Shown here piece by piece: positions 42,362-55,852 of a stretch of DNA of 64,000 nt. The number at the start of each line of letters is the position of its first letter. The first letter of the stretch is position 1. The stretch is from Octopus vulgaris (Eukaryota): the NCBI GenBank assembly GCA_951406725.2, contig OX597815.1, positions 53,196,001 through 53,260,000 of the forward strand. Direction: 5' to 3'. Below the pieces are notes generated by a model. That model was not told where the DNA came from. It saw nothing but the letters and a program-made list of their open reading frames with translations, and did no database searches. The translations under genes and the position numbers were made by a program.

Positions 42362-42957
42362 CACGAGCAAGGGACAGCAATCAATGCTCACTAGCTAACT
42401 GTCCAATCCGTGACACAGATTTATGCCAACGAGTAAATGTTGTGTATAGAATACAATGTAGCAAATGCAACAAGTTCTACATGGGTAGCACAATAAGACC
42501 GTTACATATTCGCATCAGAGAACTTCTGAACACGAGAACTTTCTCCTTCAGAAAACATCTAGACAGATGCCGGAACACCCGACAAAAACATTACAGTCAC
42601 AATTGAGGCCAATGAAAGAAATTTGGGTAGTCTAAGAATTAATGAAGTTATCCTCGTAGACAGACAAGGGCTCCAAATTAACAACAGGCTGGAGGTTGGC
42701 AATCAATATATTATTTAGCTACACACTTCTCATAAGGAATTCCGCAAGGAGCTTCGTGAGACCACTGCAGAGACGCTTCCGGAAAAAAATTCCAGTAACC
42801 GTTGGAAAACCGATTAAAGCAGTGACTCGATAAATTCCTAGCGATATCTGAAGAAGGAATTTTTATAGTCCGAAATATATTATATCTGACTATGGATAAT
42901 TAAATTACAGCAGTTATTATAGTCCGCTCTGCATTGTTGTACCATTCAAGACACGTT
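42362..42957 (+). mobile_element. Penelope-like element 3' fragment: GIY-YIG endonuclease plus pLTR
   Basis: NVVYRIQCSKCNKFYMGSTIRPLHIRIREL...SFRKHL; a frameshifted tail LRINEVILV...QINNRLE follows, then a hammerhead-bearing non-coding end. Confidence 0.88.
42843..42886 (+). ncRNA. Minimal type I hammerhead ribozyme in the Penelope pLTR
   Basis: gauau-CUGAAGA-a-gga...ucc-GAAA-uaua-UU-auauc; palindromic aauauauu stem III. Confidence 0.75.
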
Positions 42958-43123
42958 ATATATATATATCAAAGGTATTGGTATCTATAAGGCCTAAAAG
43001 GTTGCAGGTAAGCTAACTAAGTGATATGGGCAGACCGTAAGACTATATCTCTTTCTTTATAGATGTCCTGAAAACTCCTCACAGGCTTGGCTTTGTTATC
43101 TCTTTTTGTCTTATATATATATA

Positions 43124-43171
<48 letters not shown>

Positions 43172-43833
43172 CGCTGTCCAATGACTGAAACAAAAGAAGA
43201 AATAGCTATAACTCTTTGACTGCTATAACTCTTTGACTGAAGAAATAGCTATAATTCTTTGACTGCTATTTCTAAATTCGGTATGTGGTAAGGCAATTCG
43301 TTGCTAAACCCTTTATTGCTTAGTATTACTTAAATTTTCCTCGAATGAGGCTTTTACATGCCGAAGACTACTTGGTGTAATTGATAATTATTCCAAATTA
43401 ATTAATTTCACCCTTCATTATATATATATATATATATATATATAACGGTTTCATTCAGTTCACATTACTTGCATCATTTATAGTGGAATGTTCTGTAAAA
43501 AATAACTGAAACAAATGTCTTGGCCAATGGCAGTTAACATTACCCATTCAGTTAATACGTCTTAATTGCAAGTTTAATACTGAATGCATTAGATTTTAGT
43601 GGCTTACGGAAGATGTTAATAAATAATGAAATTAAGACAATGACTTTTGAACGATCTGATTTCGAGTGCAATAAATAAATATTTTTACCGCTCATTATAA
43701 CCACACCCATAAAGATAAGATTATGTTGTGAAGTTACATTTGAATATATATATATATAAAGAACTGTGAATTAAAAGAAATTATACGAAAATCAAATTCT
43801 AATGTGTAGGTATTGTAACATTTGTTATTTTAC

Positions 43834-44071
43834 CTGGCTTAAAGAGAACAATTGCTTTGAGACAAGCAAATTCGGCTGGATCTACCTGGATCGCTTTGAA
43901 ACGTGCAAGAATTTCCTGTAAGATTCGAACGTCCGCAATTGTCGACGTTTTACCATTGACTATCTGTGAAGGATCAGAGACTACAAACAATGGGGACGTT
44001 TCTAAAGGTAAAGACCATTGAATGGCGCAGAGTAGAAACAGTTCTGTCCATGCCTCTTCCAAAAGTATAAC
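43834..44071 (-). CDS. NR2E3: NR2E3/PNR internal exon, LBD (VILLEEAWTELFLLCAIQWSLPL...VDPAEFACLKAIVLFKP)
   Basis: Inside ORF 43799..44233. tgcag| acceptor, |gtaaaa donor, 238 nt, phase 0 in and phase 1 out. NR2E LBD signature. Confidence 0.96.
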
Positions 44072-44311
44072 CTGCAACGAGAAACATAAAGGTTGGTTAT
44101 ATCTAATCCTTGCAAATAAACAATAAAAAACAACAACAAAATAGCAATAACTGAAAAAGGCATTTCGAACGTTGGTAGAAGGGCAGGAGTTCCTACAAAA
44201 TTGACTATAACGACTTGATTTAAACGTCTTCACATTACGACTGACTAAACACTATTAAGCTTCATATAGAAACAATTTATAGTTAAATAAATGTTTTAGT
44301 AATGAAATAAT

Positions 44312-44346
<35 letters not shown>

Positions 44347-44846
44347 TTGCACACACCGTTAGATAACTAGAAATATAGATAAACAGTAGAACAATGCATA
44401 ATGTATACATACAATCTCAGCGGTGGTGCCCCAGCATGGCCGCAGCCTTCGGGCTAAAACATTTTTAAAGATTTAAGGATACTGTATATACAACACGCTT
44501 GAATATTGTGCATATGTATAAGTGTATGTACAAATAGATAAAACCGTTAAATGCAGTACTTTCTGCTGAAAATAGTTCAATCGAAGTGGGCTACTTTTCA
44601 TCGTGTGTGGTATTAAGGTCTGCTAAGAGTCTTGTAAAAACTTCTACGTACAAAGAGCTCCATTGCTATAGCGAAGTGACAATAAAAGAGCTGTTGATGA
44701 TTCTAGCATTGAACAATGTTTCTGAAACTATAAATTTCAGTCCTGAAAGATTAATATTTGTGATTTCTAAGGGTGGCGGGAGGGGGGGATCACATTAAAG
44801 TAGGAGGTTTGCTAGACGTAGTCTAGTCAAACAAAGCGAAACAAAC

Positions 44847-45091
44847 CTGATCCCGGAACGGGAGATTGGCAAATGATGGTAAATTTTTGGCCCATTTTAC
44901 TGCCATAAAGAGAAGTCTGGCTGAACATTCGTTTATGGTTTCTTGTTGGCTTGGATAGAGGGATGCTGCTTCTGGGTAGGTTGGTTGCTGTGAGGGCTGC
45001 TGTACAGGTGGTTCCGGTGGTGGAGGAGCATGTGTCACATGGTGTTCGGGTTGATGATCAACGCTAGTGACGTCAATGTTTTCTTCCTGAA
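44847..45091 (-). CDS. NR2E3: NR2E3/PNR internal exon, hinge to LBD ([10 protein letters not shown]...[26 protein letters not shown])
   Basis: Inside ORF 44823..45113. atttcag| acceptor keeps frame with the upstream phase-1 exon; |gtttgt donor; 245 nt. [15 protein letters not shown] is typical of NR2E. Confidence 0.94.
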
Positions 45092-46158
45092 CTGAAATAG
45101 CAAAAATAAACACACCTGAACTATATCACTGAAACTGACGTGCCGAAAGCATTTTAACACATTTTTATATCATGTGGAATATGTCAAGTACAAAATAAAG
45201 ACCATGTATAACATTTATGTCGTTATTTGCAAAAGGAGCAGTATTAGATTAAAATAGCAATCTATGTATTATTCTTAAGGTAAATAAAGTATTGAAAGGC
45301 AAACTTGCTGCGGTGTATGTCTAGAGATATTATTTCTTATGAAGATACTGTTTATAAAAACACAATATATTTTGGAGGGAAACGAAAATCGTCCTAGCAA
45401 TGGCTAGTGACAACACCATGTGCATTTCTGCCTCGTTAGGCGTTTTAAATAGCGTGTATTAACAGCCAACAACATACTTAGATCAAATTTCTCGTCACCA
45501 ATATAGAAGAAAACAGTGAATAATCATTCTCTGATATAGCGAATCGCCGCTCCGCTATTTACACCAGAAACACTATTAGATTTAAATAACCATCGATGTA
45601 TTATACCTAATATAAATACATTGTTTAAAGGCAAATTTACTGCGATATTTGTCCAGAAATAAAAATCTTTTATGGACGTAGTGTTTTGAGAGGAAAATCG
45701 TACATACAGTGAAGACGTCAGGTACAACAGTTACTTATTGTTAACTAAACTAAGCCCAGTTCTAAGGAGCGTTTCTATGATGAAACGTATCACTGTTGCG
45801 ATCATCCCATATTCTTTATATATCTAGTACCTTCGTTTTCAAAGACAGTAGGTCGTGATGTGCAGGATATCTGGTAGCTATTAGAGCGCCTCAAGTGATG
45901 TTTTAGAGATTTTCTCAATAGTTTGTATTTCAACTGTTTGTTCCATGTGCTAAGTGCATATTACAGCTTTTATTTTGATAGGATGTCGCATATTTCTTTT
46001 GTCAGAAACCTGCACTAAATTGTATGCATGCATGTATGTATTTATGTATTGTGTATATGTTATGCTATCGTCTATTTTTCCGTTTGTTGTCTGTTGTTGG
46101 ATTTCCACTTGTGTTCTTTCTGTTCTACCATTGATGTTTGTGTGTGTATATATATACA

Positions 46159-46212
<54 letters not shown>

Positions 46213-46214
46213 CA

Positions 46215-46288
<74 letters not shown>

Positions 46289-46893
46289 CATGTATGTATA
46301 TGATTATCGGTTATAGGCCTTTAATATTAGATGGTCGCATCAATAAGATGAATGTAAATGCAGAACCTATGCTAGATTCGAGATGAACTCTGAGTTTAAA
46401 AAATATACACGGATGCGCACGCACATTAACATATATTCAAATATTAGACTAAGGTCACTGTCGATCATTTTTTTAGTTAAACATATATCTGAATGTGTAA
46501 TTTTCTTGTCCAATGTGTAAACTCAGTTATTTTGTGGAAGACTATAAGTCGCTCATGCATACAAGACTTCTGTTTCCATGCCAACAATGCTGGCCAAGGG
46601 TTAAGAACAACATATCTTGGCACCATTGTTGTTAGCGGCTGTGCCGTTCGAACACAGAAAACCGGAGCAGATACTGCAAACCATTTCAATCTAAGCGAGA
46701 AGCAAAGCTCCTTTGGAAAGTAAGACAACACCAACTGGATAGTTACGTATGTATGACACTATGCGTGTATCTGCGCGTGTATCCTGGTCTGTATCCCCAT
46801 ATTCGTGTAGTTATATATGTATATATGTATCTGCATATGCATGTCTAGAAGAATGCATTTTATTCACAGCATGTGCACATCATTATATTTTGA

Positions 46894-46950
<57 letters not shown>

Positions 46951-47383
46951 GCCAGTATTTCTATACGCATGTATTTGTACATGTTACGGAGTTTACTTAT
47001 TTATACAGTTTTATAAATGGCATGTGACTGTTCTAACTTAATTAGTTTTATGAATCTCGGCTTCTCAAGAAAAGTTATGCTCTAGTTAATAATTACATTA
47101 AAAAAACCCACCAAAACATTACAGGCAGAAATCTAAAATTTTAGCCTGGCTGGAATATTTACCGATTTCTCAAGTTCTACATAGATTTCTTAATCTTTAT
47201 CTCTAACATTATGTTAACAACTATTGGACAACTGATTTTCCTTCTGTTTCTTTTTCTTAGTCCCAGATACCTAGCCTATATGTATACATTGTATGTGTGA
47301 ATATATGTGTATGCATGCATGCATGTATATATGTGTATGTATGCATGTATGTATATATGTGTGTATGTACGTATATATGTATA

Positions 47384-47436
<53 letters not shown>

Positions 47437-47734
47437 GTATATATATATTTACACATGTATGTGTGTATATATATATGTATGTATGATTGTATATACATTT
47501 ATGTATATGGGTGCATGTAGATATGCATGTAAATGCACGTACACATGTTATATATGAATGCGTATGTGTATAAATACATGTATGCTTGTACGTTAGCCAG
47601 CATGTTTGTATGCATGTGTTTTATTTGTGTCAATATACGTCTGATAAAACGAGAAAGTGAGGCTGAAAGTTAGAGACAGGAGAGGGATAAAAAGAGATAG
47701 CGATGGATAGAGATAGACATAGATAAATAGATAG

Positions 47735-47787
<53 letters not shown>

Positions 47788-48413
47788 AAGAAAGAGAGGG
47801 TAAAAATGTGGGTTGGAGAGAGAAAGTGGGAGTTGGAAAGAGAAAGTGAAAGTTAGAGAGAGAAAAACACGGCGAGTGAGCGTGACTTGATTTACTTATT
47901 ATTTACACAGTTCTAAACGTCTTCAGGCAAGACGTAGAATAAGTCACGAAGCAGAAGAAAACTCATCATAGCGAAATACAAAGTTTATGCGCAAACTGTA
48001 CAACACCAGCAACAGTGATACGTTAGTAATAACAGCAACTGCAAGATGCAGTAGTAGCAATAATAGTTGTCATGTCGAAGGCGAATATTTAATACATTGT
48101 TTTTGTTGCTGTTGTTATAGTCTCTCGACGTAAAATCGTCAATACCAACAAATTTCACGCTTGTTGATTTAACAACTATTCAGTATCTGACATAATGTTT
48201 CAGCCGTTGCAGAATCTTCCATTATACACATTGCTGCTGTTGGTGTTTAGTGGGTTGAACTATTTGGGGAGGGCGTGGTAGTATTTGTGATGGTGGTGGT
48301 GATAAATGTAAGAGTGACTATGTTGTGCTAGGTTTGGTAGTGGTCGTAGTTATGGTAGGAATGGAATTGGTGGTGGAAGTTTTACTGGTAGCAGACACGA
48401 TACTGGTATCTCT

Positions 48414-48498
<85 letters not shown>

Positions 48499-48562
48499 AA
48501 TCTATGTATGTATGTATGTATGTATGTATCTATCTATCTATCTATCAATCTATCTATCTATC

Positions 48563-50494
48563 AAGACGCTAATCAATTTGGATCAATCGAAAGCTTTCGA
48601 TAGGGTAGACCATCGATACTTGGAGGCTGTCCTCAGAGCGGCTGGTTTCGGTCCCGCCTTTCGCGGCTGGATAGCCGCTTTGTACGGAGGCATCTGTTCG
48701 GTAATTCGCGTAAATGAACATCTATCGAAACCTTTCGACATTGCACGTTCTTTCCGTCAGGGATGCCCCCTCTCGTCGCTTCTCTACGTATTGACTCTCG
48801 AGCCATTATTGTGGAAGCTGAGGGGCATCCCGCGAGAATTGGGATGCGGGACGAGCGTGTCTGCATACGCGGACGACGTCACCGTCATAATGTCTAGCCA
48901 CGAGCACATCAAGCAGGTCAGCGAGGCACTGAAAGACTACGAAGCAGTGACAGGGGCGAAAATCAACCGGGAAAATTCAGTGGGCTTGCGACTCGGCACC
49001 TGGAGAAGCAAGCCCATGCCGTCCACCAGCGCTTCCGTCGTGGGACGCTGGACCGACGGTCCGGTTGAGTTGCTCGGGGTCTGGTTTGGTTCGGGCCTCC
49101 AAATGGAGAAGAACTGGAACGAGATAACGTATAGGGTGGTCACTCTCGCAGGCAATGGGCCGAGAGGAAACTGTCCTTAAAAGGTCGGGCGGAGGTGGCG
49201 AACTCGTACATCGCGTCCGTCATCTACTACTGCCTGACCGTCGTGCCTTGTCCCGACCCTACCATCACCAAACTAGAACGCATTCTCTTTCGCTTCTTGT
49301 GGAAAGGATGGGTCCCGATGGTCAGGCGATCCATTTGCTGTCAACACCCGTTAAAAGGAGGACTGGGCATGCCCTGGTTGATGATGCGCAGACACGCGCT
49401 GAGACTGCGACATCTCAGGCTCTACTTAGACGACGGTAAACAGGTGTAGTCGCCGTTTGTGAGGCACGCTTTCCCGCAACTCGTCTCCATGACCGAACTG
49501 CAGTCGTGGATCAAAAAGAGGCCGAGAAAGGGCGAATGTCACAGCGAGTGTCGCGTTGCTCTCAAGCAACTATGCCGTCCCGGGTCGACCTTGAGTGACT
49601 TCAACACAACCCAAGCCTGTTCAAGACGACTTTCGAGCCAGGGCCCATGGACAACTTCCAGAGATCCCTGGCCTGGCAGTGCTACCGAGAAGCGCTACCC
49701 GTTCGGGATAAGCTCTACAGACACGTCCGACCAACCCGAGATGCGGTCAGAGCGACGAAACCGTTCTGAACGCACTCGTGCAGTGTCCAACAATTTCCGA
49801 TCTGTGGGCCTATGTCGAACAACTGCTGTCACGTGTGGGACGAGTTGGTTTATCAGCCGAGTCTATCGTCAATATTGTCACGCCTCCTTCCTTCAAACAG
49901 GAAGGAAGAGCTATTTTCATCATCCTTGTGGCTATGGCGAAAGAATGTATCTGGTGGACGCGTCTCAAAGGATTGGAAACAAACACTTTCTTCTCTGGTC
50001 AATCTCTCATCAACTTCTTCAAGTATCACTTGAAAAGGAAAGTGAGAGTAGAGAGGCAAGTTTTGTCTAGCGAATGTTTTAAAAAAAGATGGGTGAATGT
50101 AGCAAGGATGGCACGTATGAATGACGAAGCCACCTTGAGCATAATCCTATGAACCCGGAAATTTAAAACAGAGGGTTTGCAAACAAATGTGGTAACATGT
50201 AACAATATTGACCGAGGTTACCGTGGTCTTTTCCGTAGGCTTTTCTTCCCACAGATAAACCTTATCTGCTTCCCCCTTTACACCTTACATCATGACACTG
50301 TGATACACGATCCCTATTGATCGTTTTTTTCTTTTGTTTCTTTTCCTTTTTCTCTTCTTCTCTCCTTTCCCTTTTACGATCCCTTCTGATCGAAAACCTA
50401 CCCCACCTTTTTTTTTTCTTTCCCCAAAAAAGAAAAGCTCTACTTTGTAATCTGCCCCGTCTAAGTGCAGCCCTGTGTGGCTAATAAAGAAACA
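48563..50494 (+). mobile_element. 5'-truncated L1/Tx1-clade LINE (RT plus zf-RVT), frameshifted
   Basis: LINLDQSKAFDRVDHRYL, RQGCPLS, SAYADDV, KGGLGMP, ETVLNALVQCP; ends aataaagaaac; flanked on both sides by (TATC)n. Confidence 0.92.
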
Positions 50495-50587
<93 letters not shown>

Positions 50588-50697
50588 GCCTGTCTGTCTG
50601 GACTGACAGAGGGTTAGGTAGACAGAAATAAAGGTAGAGGATGATGCACGGTTAGATAATCTCTATATATCCATTTATCTATTTTCTAACAACCCAC

Positions 50698-50767
<70 letters not shown>

Positions 50768-51659
50768 GTCTATCTATCTATCTATCTATCTATCTTTCCT
50801 TCTTTATTTCTTTCAAATACATGTAGGTGTGTATACAAGTATGCATGCATGTTTGTATGTATTTATGTAATAATGTAGATCGTCTGGACGCCATACCGAC
50901 GGCACATGAAAACAGACATGCATAGGGCTTATAATAAGCATCAGATGGAAATCTTTATCACCTAATGCAGAAGTGCAGGAAAGGGCGAGCTGTCTCAGTA
51001 CGGAAGTTCGCCTCTTGAATTATGATATGCAATAGGTTGTTCATGTCCTCTCTTTTGGAGATTTCAGGCGCCCGAAGCAATTATTCTGTAAGGAATTAGC
51101 TTTCAGTGAGCGTACCCAGCACATAAAAGAAATTCGTTTCATAACTTCACAAAAGATAACAGTTACTTCTTGGAAGTTAACACTATTGTTGAGAATATAT
51201 TACACTGAACAGTAGTAAATCGTGGTTTATATCAAGAAAGTACAGTTTGCTGCTCAAGAAAATTCGAATTGCCCTTCAAATAAGGAAATGTAATACTCGA
51301 AAAATGCAGTTTGTTGAAGTTCTATAAGGTAAAGATTCGCAAGGTACTCATATTTGCATTGTAATCACATTAAACTGTTAAAAGTCGGTTTTCAGTTATG
51401 AAAGGTCGCCTCTCAGTAGAGCAAGGAAGTTTATTTGCTCACCAATCCAACAGCACCACTGCGAAACTGCTATGCTTTATGTCCATAGGTACGCTCATCT
51501 AGTGGTGGGTTGAAAATCCATTTTAAAGATACACACTAAAGCGGAGACACTATGCATGAAGTTCTTAACTATAGTTGTCACAAGAAAATTTAAGATAAAC
51601 TCAGGTAGTCGATGGCGGAAATGCTATCTTACCTGTCGTTGTACTCGGACATTTTGTTG

Positions 51660-51696
<37 letters not shown>

Positions 51697-51848
51697 CATG
51701 TGTGTATATAAATTGTGCAAGTATATCTATATATATACTTGCATAATTTATACACACACACGCACACACATATATACATTTATAAATATACATACACACA
51801 CATACATACATACATATATACATACATACACACACACACATACGCGTG

Positions 51849-51886
<38 letters not shown>

Positions 51887-52014
51887 GTCTACTTTGATAG
51901 TTTTCGACCAGTATTGGCCCAGGCAATGTCTTGTTTAGTAGCACCGCCTGAGGAAGTCATTCAAAACAGGATTCGGACTACATGGCCCGCTCAAGTAGAG
52001 AGACATATCCGGAT

Positions 52015-52915
52015 GTAGGAGGTTTATTCTAGATTTCTTGCAAGAATTTGTCCAAATGCTTCTTGCACTTCATGGGGTCTGTTCCTGCTTTGATGCGTTT
52101 TCGTGTAATGTTAGGGCGGGGCTAATTGAGGTGAAATAATTGTGTCGTATTGTTGTTACGAGATGCGAGTGGGATTTATGTTGTGGTCGGGTAGCACGGG
52201 ACCCAAGCCTTGGGTGTATCTTAAACGTGGCTGATGGAATATCTTCCATATGCAGATGATGTAATGCTCACGGCGACTAGGAGAGAATAAAGCTTGGGCT
52301 TTCTAGACGACCCCAATAATCAAGGCCTGTCATGCCAACTATCTTTTTTGTAATTGATCTTTGAGGTGCTCCAACTTTCATGATACTTTGTTTCGTGTGG
52401 GGAGACCACAATGGACAACAATATTCAAGGTGCGTTCGGGCGAAAGTGGAGAAGAGAAGAATAATGGTGTGGATATCTCTCGACTGGTAAATTCTGAGAA
52501 TCCAGGAACATATTCTGCGGGTCATATCAACTTTGCTGTTTATATAAGCCGCCCAGCTAATGTTATTGTCCACAATTACTCCCAAATCTCTGATGTTATT
52601 GGATGTTATAGGAGTTTCACCTCAAGGAAGGGAGTATGGGAGTTTCAGAGTGTCCTCTTTTCCGAAGTGGATTAATTCAAATTTGTCCTCGTTCAGCAGC
52701 GTATTGTTCTCTTCCGCCCATTGGGTGACAGCCAGTAGGTCTGACTGAAGGCATGTCCGGTCACCCGCTTCATTGATGACCTTCTGGAGTTTGGAATCAC
52801 CTGTAAAAATTATGTTGCAGTGCTTGATGATGTCAGTAATGTCGTTAATGTAGATGATGAAAAGAAGTGGGCCCAACACAGTGCCTTGTGGAACACCATT
52901 ACTGACTTTGGCTGG
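52015..52915 (-). mobile_element. CR1/L2-group LINE RT fragment, decayed
   Basis: GVPQGTVLGPLLFIIYINDI, FTGDSKL (FADD-derived), ARTHLEYCCPLWSPH. Confidence 0.88.
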
Positions 52916-53191
52916 CCTTCATATATATATATATATATACATATAAGTCGAAACAATTTGTTAGCCTATTACGTTTTTTTTAAATACTTGTCTATGCTAT
53001 ATAATATTATGATGTATTATATTCATAGTGTATCATATAATATTATATTATAGATAAATTATTGGATTGTCAATAGTATCTCTCAATTTAATTTATCTTT
53101 GTAATTGCATTATACCAGTATTCAACTGACGTGCCAGTGAATTGGATGTTTAACACACCCTTTGAAGGATTTCTTTTCCTCAGTTTGTTAC

Positions 53192-53243
<52 letters not shown>

Positions 53244-53278
53244 ATTTGATTTGGATGTATTTCTCCATTTTCTTATTT

Positions 53279-53325
<47 letters not shown>

Positions 53326-53417
53326 TAGGGAAAGAGAGGGAAAGAGAAAGAAAGAGAGTGGAGAGGGAGGGAAAAAGAGATAGAGAAAGAATGAGAGAAG
53401 TAAAATTTTGTACTGAC

Positions 53418-53618
53418 CTCCATCATCCGGTTCCAGCTTGGCGCATGTCTCTGCAGACATTAGGCTTGCCATAAATCGGTGGTTAGCTCCCGGACTAAAA
53501 GCTGGATGAGTCGCTGAAACTGTTGCACTGTTTGCTGTTAAGGCGTGATCGATCTCCGATTCAATTTGATCGTGTCGAACTTGAGCCGTGTTTCGTGGCT
53601 GACGCTCATTTTGGACGG
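53418..53618 (-). CDS. NR2E3: NR2E3/PNR internal exon, T-box/hinge (AVQNERQPRNTAQVR...[19 protein letters not shown])
   Basis: Hand translation. ctcag| acceptor, |gtcagt donor, 201 nt, phase 1/1. AVQNERQPR and [16 protein letters not shown] separate NR2E3 from NR2E1/tailless (AVQHERGPR). Confidence 0.95.
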
Positions 53619-54440
53619 CTGAGTATAGAAAAACTAGTAAAAATTAGTCATTTGGTTAAAAATTATTAAGTTTTTTATATCACAAATGCTTCATGGGTAC
53701 AAAGCCAGAAATTATAAGGAGAGGATTATACTTAATTATATCGAACATAATTATATCATAAAAGGGAGATTTCAAATCGGCACTATTTGAACAAAGAACG
53801 TAAAGCACTGGAAAAAATAACGCCAGGCCTTTTATCCGACTGTATAACTTTCATGTATCTTCCAAAAACGTCAGTGGTATAAGTGTAGATCAAATTCATT
53901 ATAGAAACGAACCAGCATTTACATCATACCCGCTGAATAAACACCTATGCCTATTTTTGCCTATCACTATTATGGCCTTTGAGGTCTTCGAATCATGATA
54001 CTAAGGCTCTAAGCTTGACAGTGTAATTAACGTAATCAGGAGTTGCTTTTTTTCATGAAAATGAAAATGAAAATATCCGTTCAATAAACTTTGCTTGCTT
54101 TCCAAGTCTGGCGAAATTGGTACGGACAATGATTAATCTGAACATGTATGCACACCTATATTCGTAGGGAAAATTTGGAAAACTGCCTGTTGTGTGGTCC
54201 TACTAATTGCAGCACACTGAACTCCGCTAATGTTACCCAGGACCAAGCGCGATTTCTTAAGCCTGTTACTCTCTGTTAGTTCGTTTAATATAGGTCTTTA
54301 CAAAATAATTTGGGAAAGCACAAGGTTAATATTTCTAAGGGAAGCACTTTGATCAAATAGATTGACATTCACCTGTATTTTGCGTGTAATTTTTTTCCTT
54401 GCTACAGATGTGACAGAAAGTAGTCAAACTTAGCACTTAA

Positions 54441-55693
54441 GAGGCTGAGTAAAAAGTAAGCAACGTTTTAAAATATATTTCAACAATGCGGTGGTGCCAG
54501 CGGTGGCACCATCTATGGTGCCCCAGCGTGGCCGCGGCCTTCGGGCTAAAACATTTTAAAGGATTTTAAGGATTTAATGCGGAAATTTTTATTCATCAAA
54601 GTAAGCACCATTACAATCAAAACATTTTTACCAGCGAGTTACAAGTTTGTTTATTCTGGTAACATAAAAATCTGGTGTTCTGGAGCTGATGAACTCTTTG
54701 AACATACTTTCAGCATAGATTTGACTTTAGAACTCCTTCTCTCGCAGGAAACCATCAAATTGCTTGAAAAAAAAGGGGTAGTCTGCTGAAGAACTTCGTA
54801 ACCGTGTTCCCTCAACTTCTGGCGCGTCATTAGTGAAACGTATAGTCGGGCATTGTCATGAAGAACGATTGGCTCTCATCTGTTGGCCAGTCTGGGACGA
54901 AGGAGTAGCAGTTTATCGTTCATTTTTCAATTTCATGGTAATATGTCTCCGGATAATAGTTTTTCCGTGTGCTAAGAAGTTATAGTAGATGAGTCTAGCA
55001 GTACACCACCAAACAGTCACCATAACCTTTTTTTTTAACGAGCTCGGGTTTAGGGAAGGTTTTCGGGGCCTCATTTTGGTCAAACCACTGCGAAGAACGT
55101 TTTTTTATTATTGTACAGAATCCACTTTTCATCGCAAGTTTCAAAACAGTCAAGAAATGGATCGGCCCCGTTACGGAAAAGAAGCGACGAGTAAATTTCA
55201 TATCTGCGCATTTTCTGATTTTTATTCAAATAATGTAGTACTCATTTGTCGAGCATTTTTGATTTTCTGATCGCATGCGAATGGTTGCAGGCTAACTTGA
55301 AGTTCGTTTACTAGTAGTCGAGTGGTTTTACGTTGATTTTTCTCAGTGACGGTCTTTAATTGACCGTCATCGATGACAGATGGGCATCCACTACGCTCAC
55401 GATGTTTAAGGCTCAGATCTCCACTGCAAATTCGTCTAAACCATTTTCTTTCTTTCTTTTTTTAAGTTGAATAGCAAAATTGCTCGAATATCGCACTTTG
55501 ACACTTCCATTTCAGATGATTGTGTCAACGGTGAAAACAAATATCAATGTTAATTTACTGATGAACCTGGGCAGGTCTATGTCTGTATAAGCAGACAATT
55601 TCACAAATTTTTTTTAAAATATTCAAAACTGCAAACATCCGGTACAAATCCTTTATCGTTCAAAACGTTGCTTACTTTTTACTTAATCTGATA
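54441..55693 (-). mobile_element. Decayed full-length mariner (~1.25 kb)
   Basis: 22-bp perfect TIR core agtaaaaagtaagcaacgtttt at 54448-54469 and 55662-55683; transposase relics WFDQNEAPKTFPKPEL, MVTVWW, LLHDNAR. Confidence 0.85.
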
Positions 55694-55743
55694 TACATAC
55701 ATACATACATGCATTCATACACACACACACATATATATGTATT

Positions 55744-55790
<47 letters not shown>

Positions 55791-55852
55791 CACCCCACAC
55801 AAACGCACACACATACTCAAACACACACACACACACACACACACACGCCCAG

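Noticed and set aside
51620-51645. Minus-strand cag|gtaag as a recursive splice site
   Set aside because: No polypyrimidine tract upstream of the AG.
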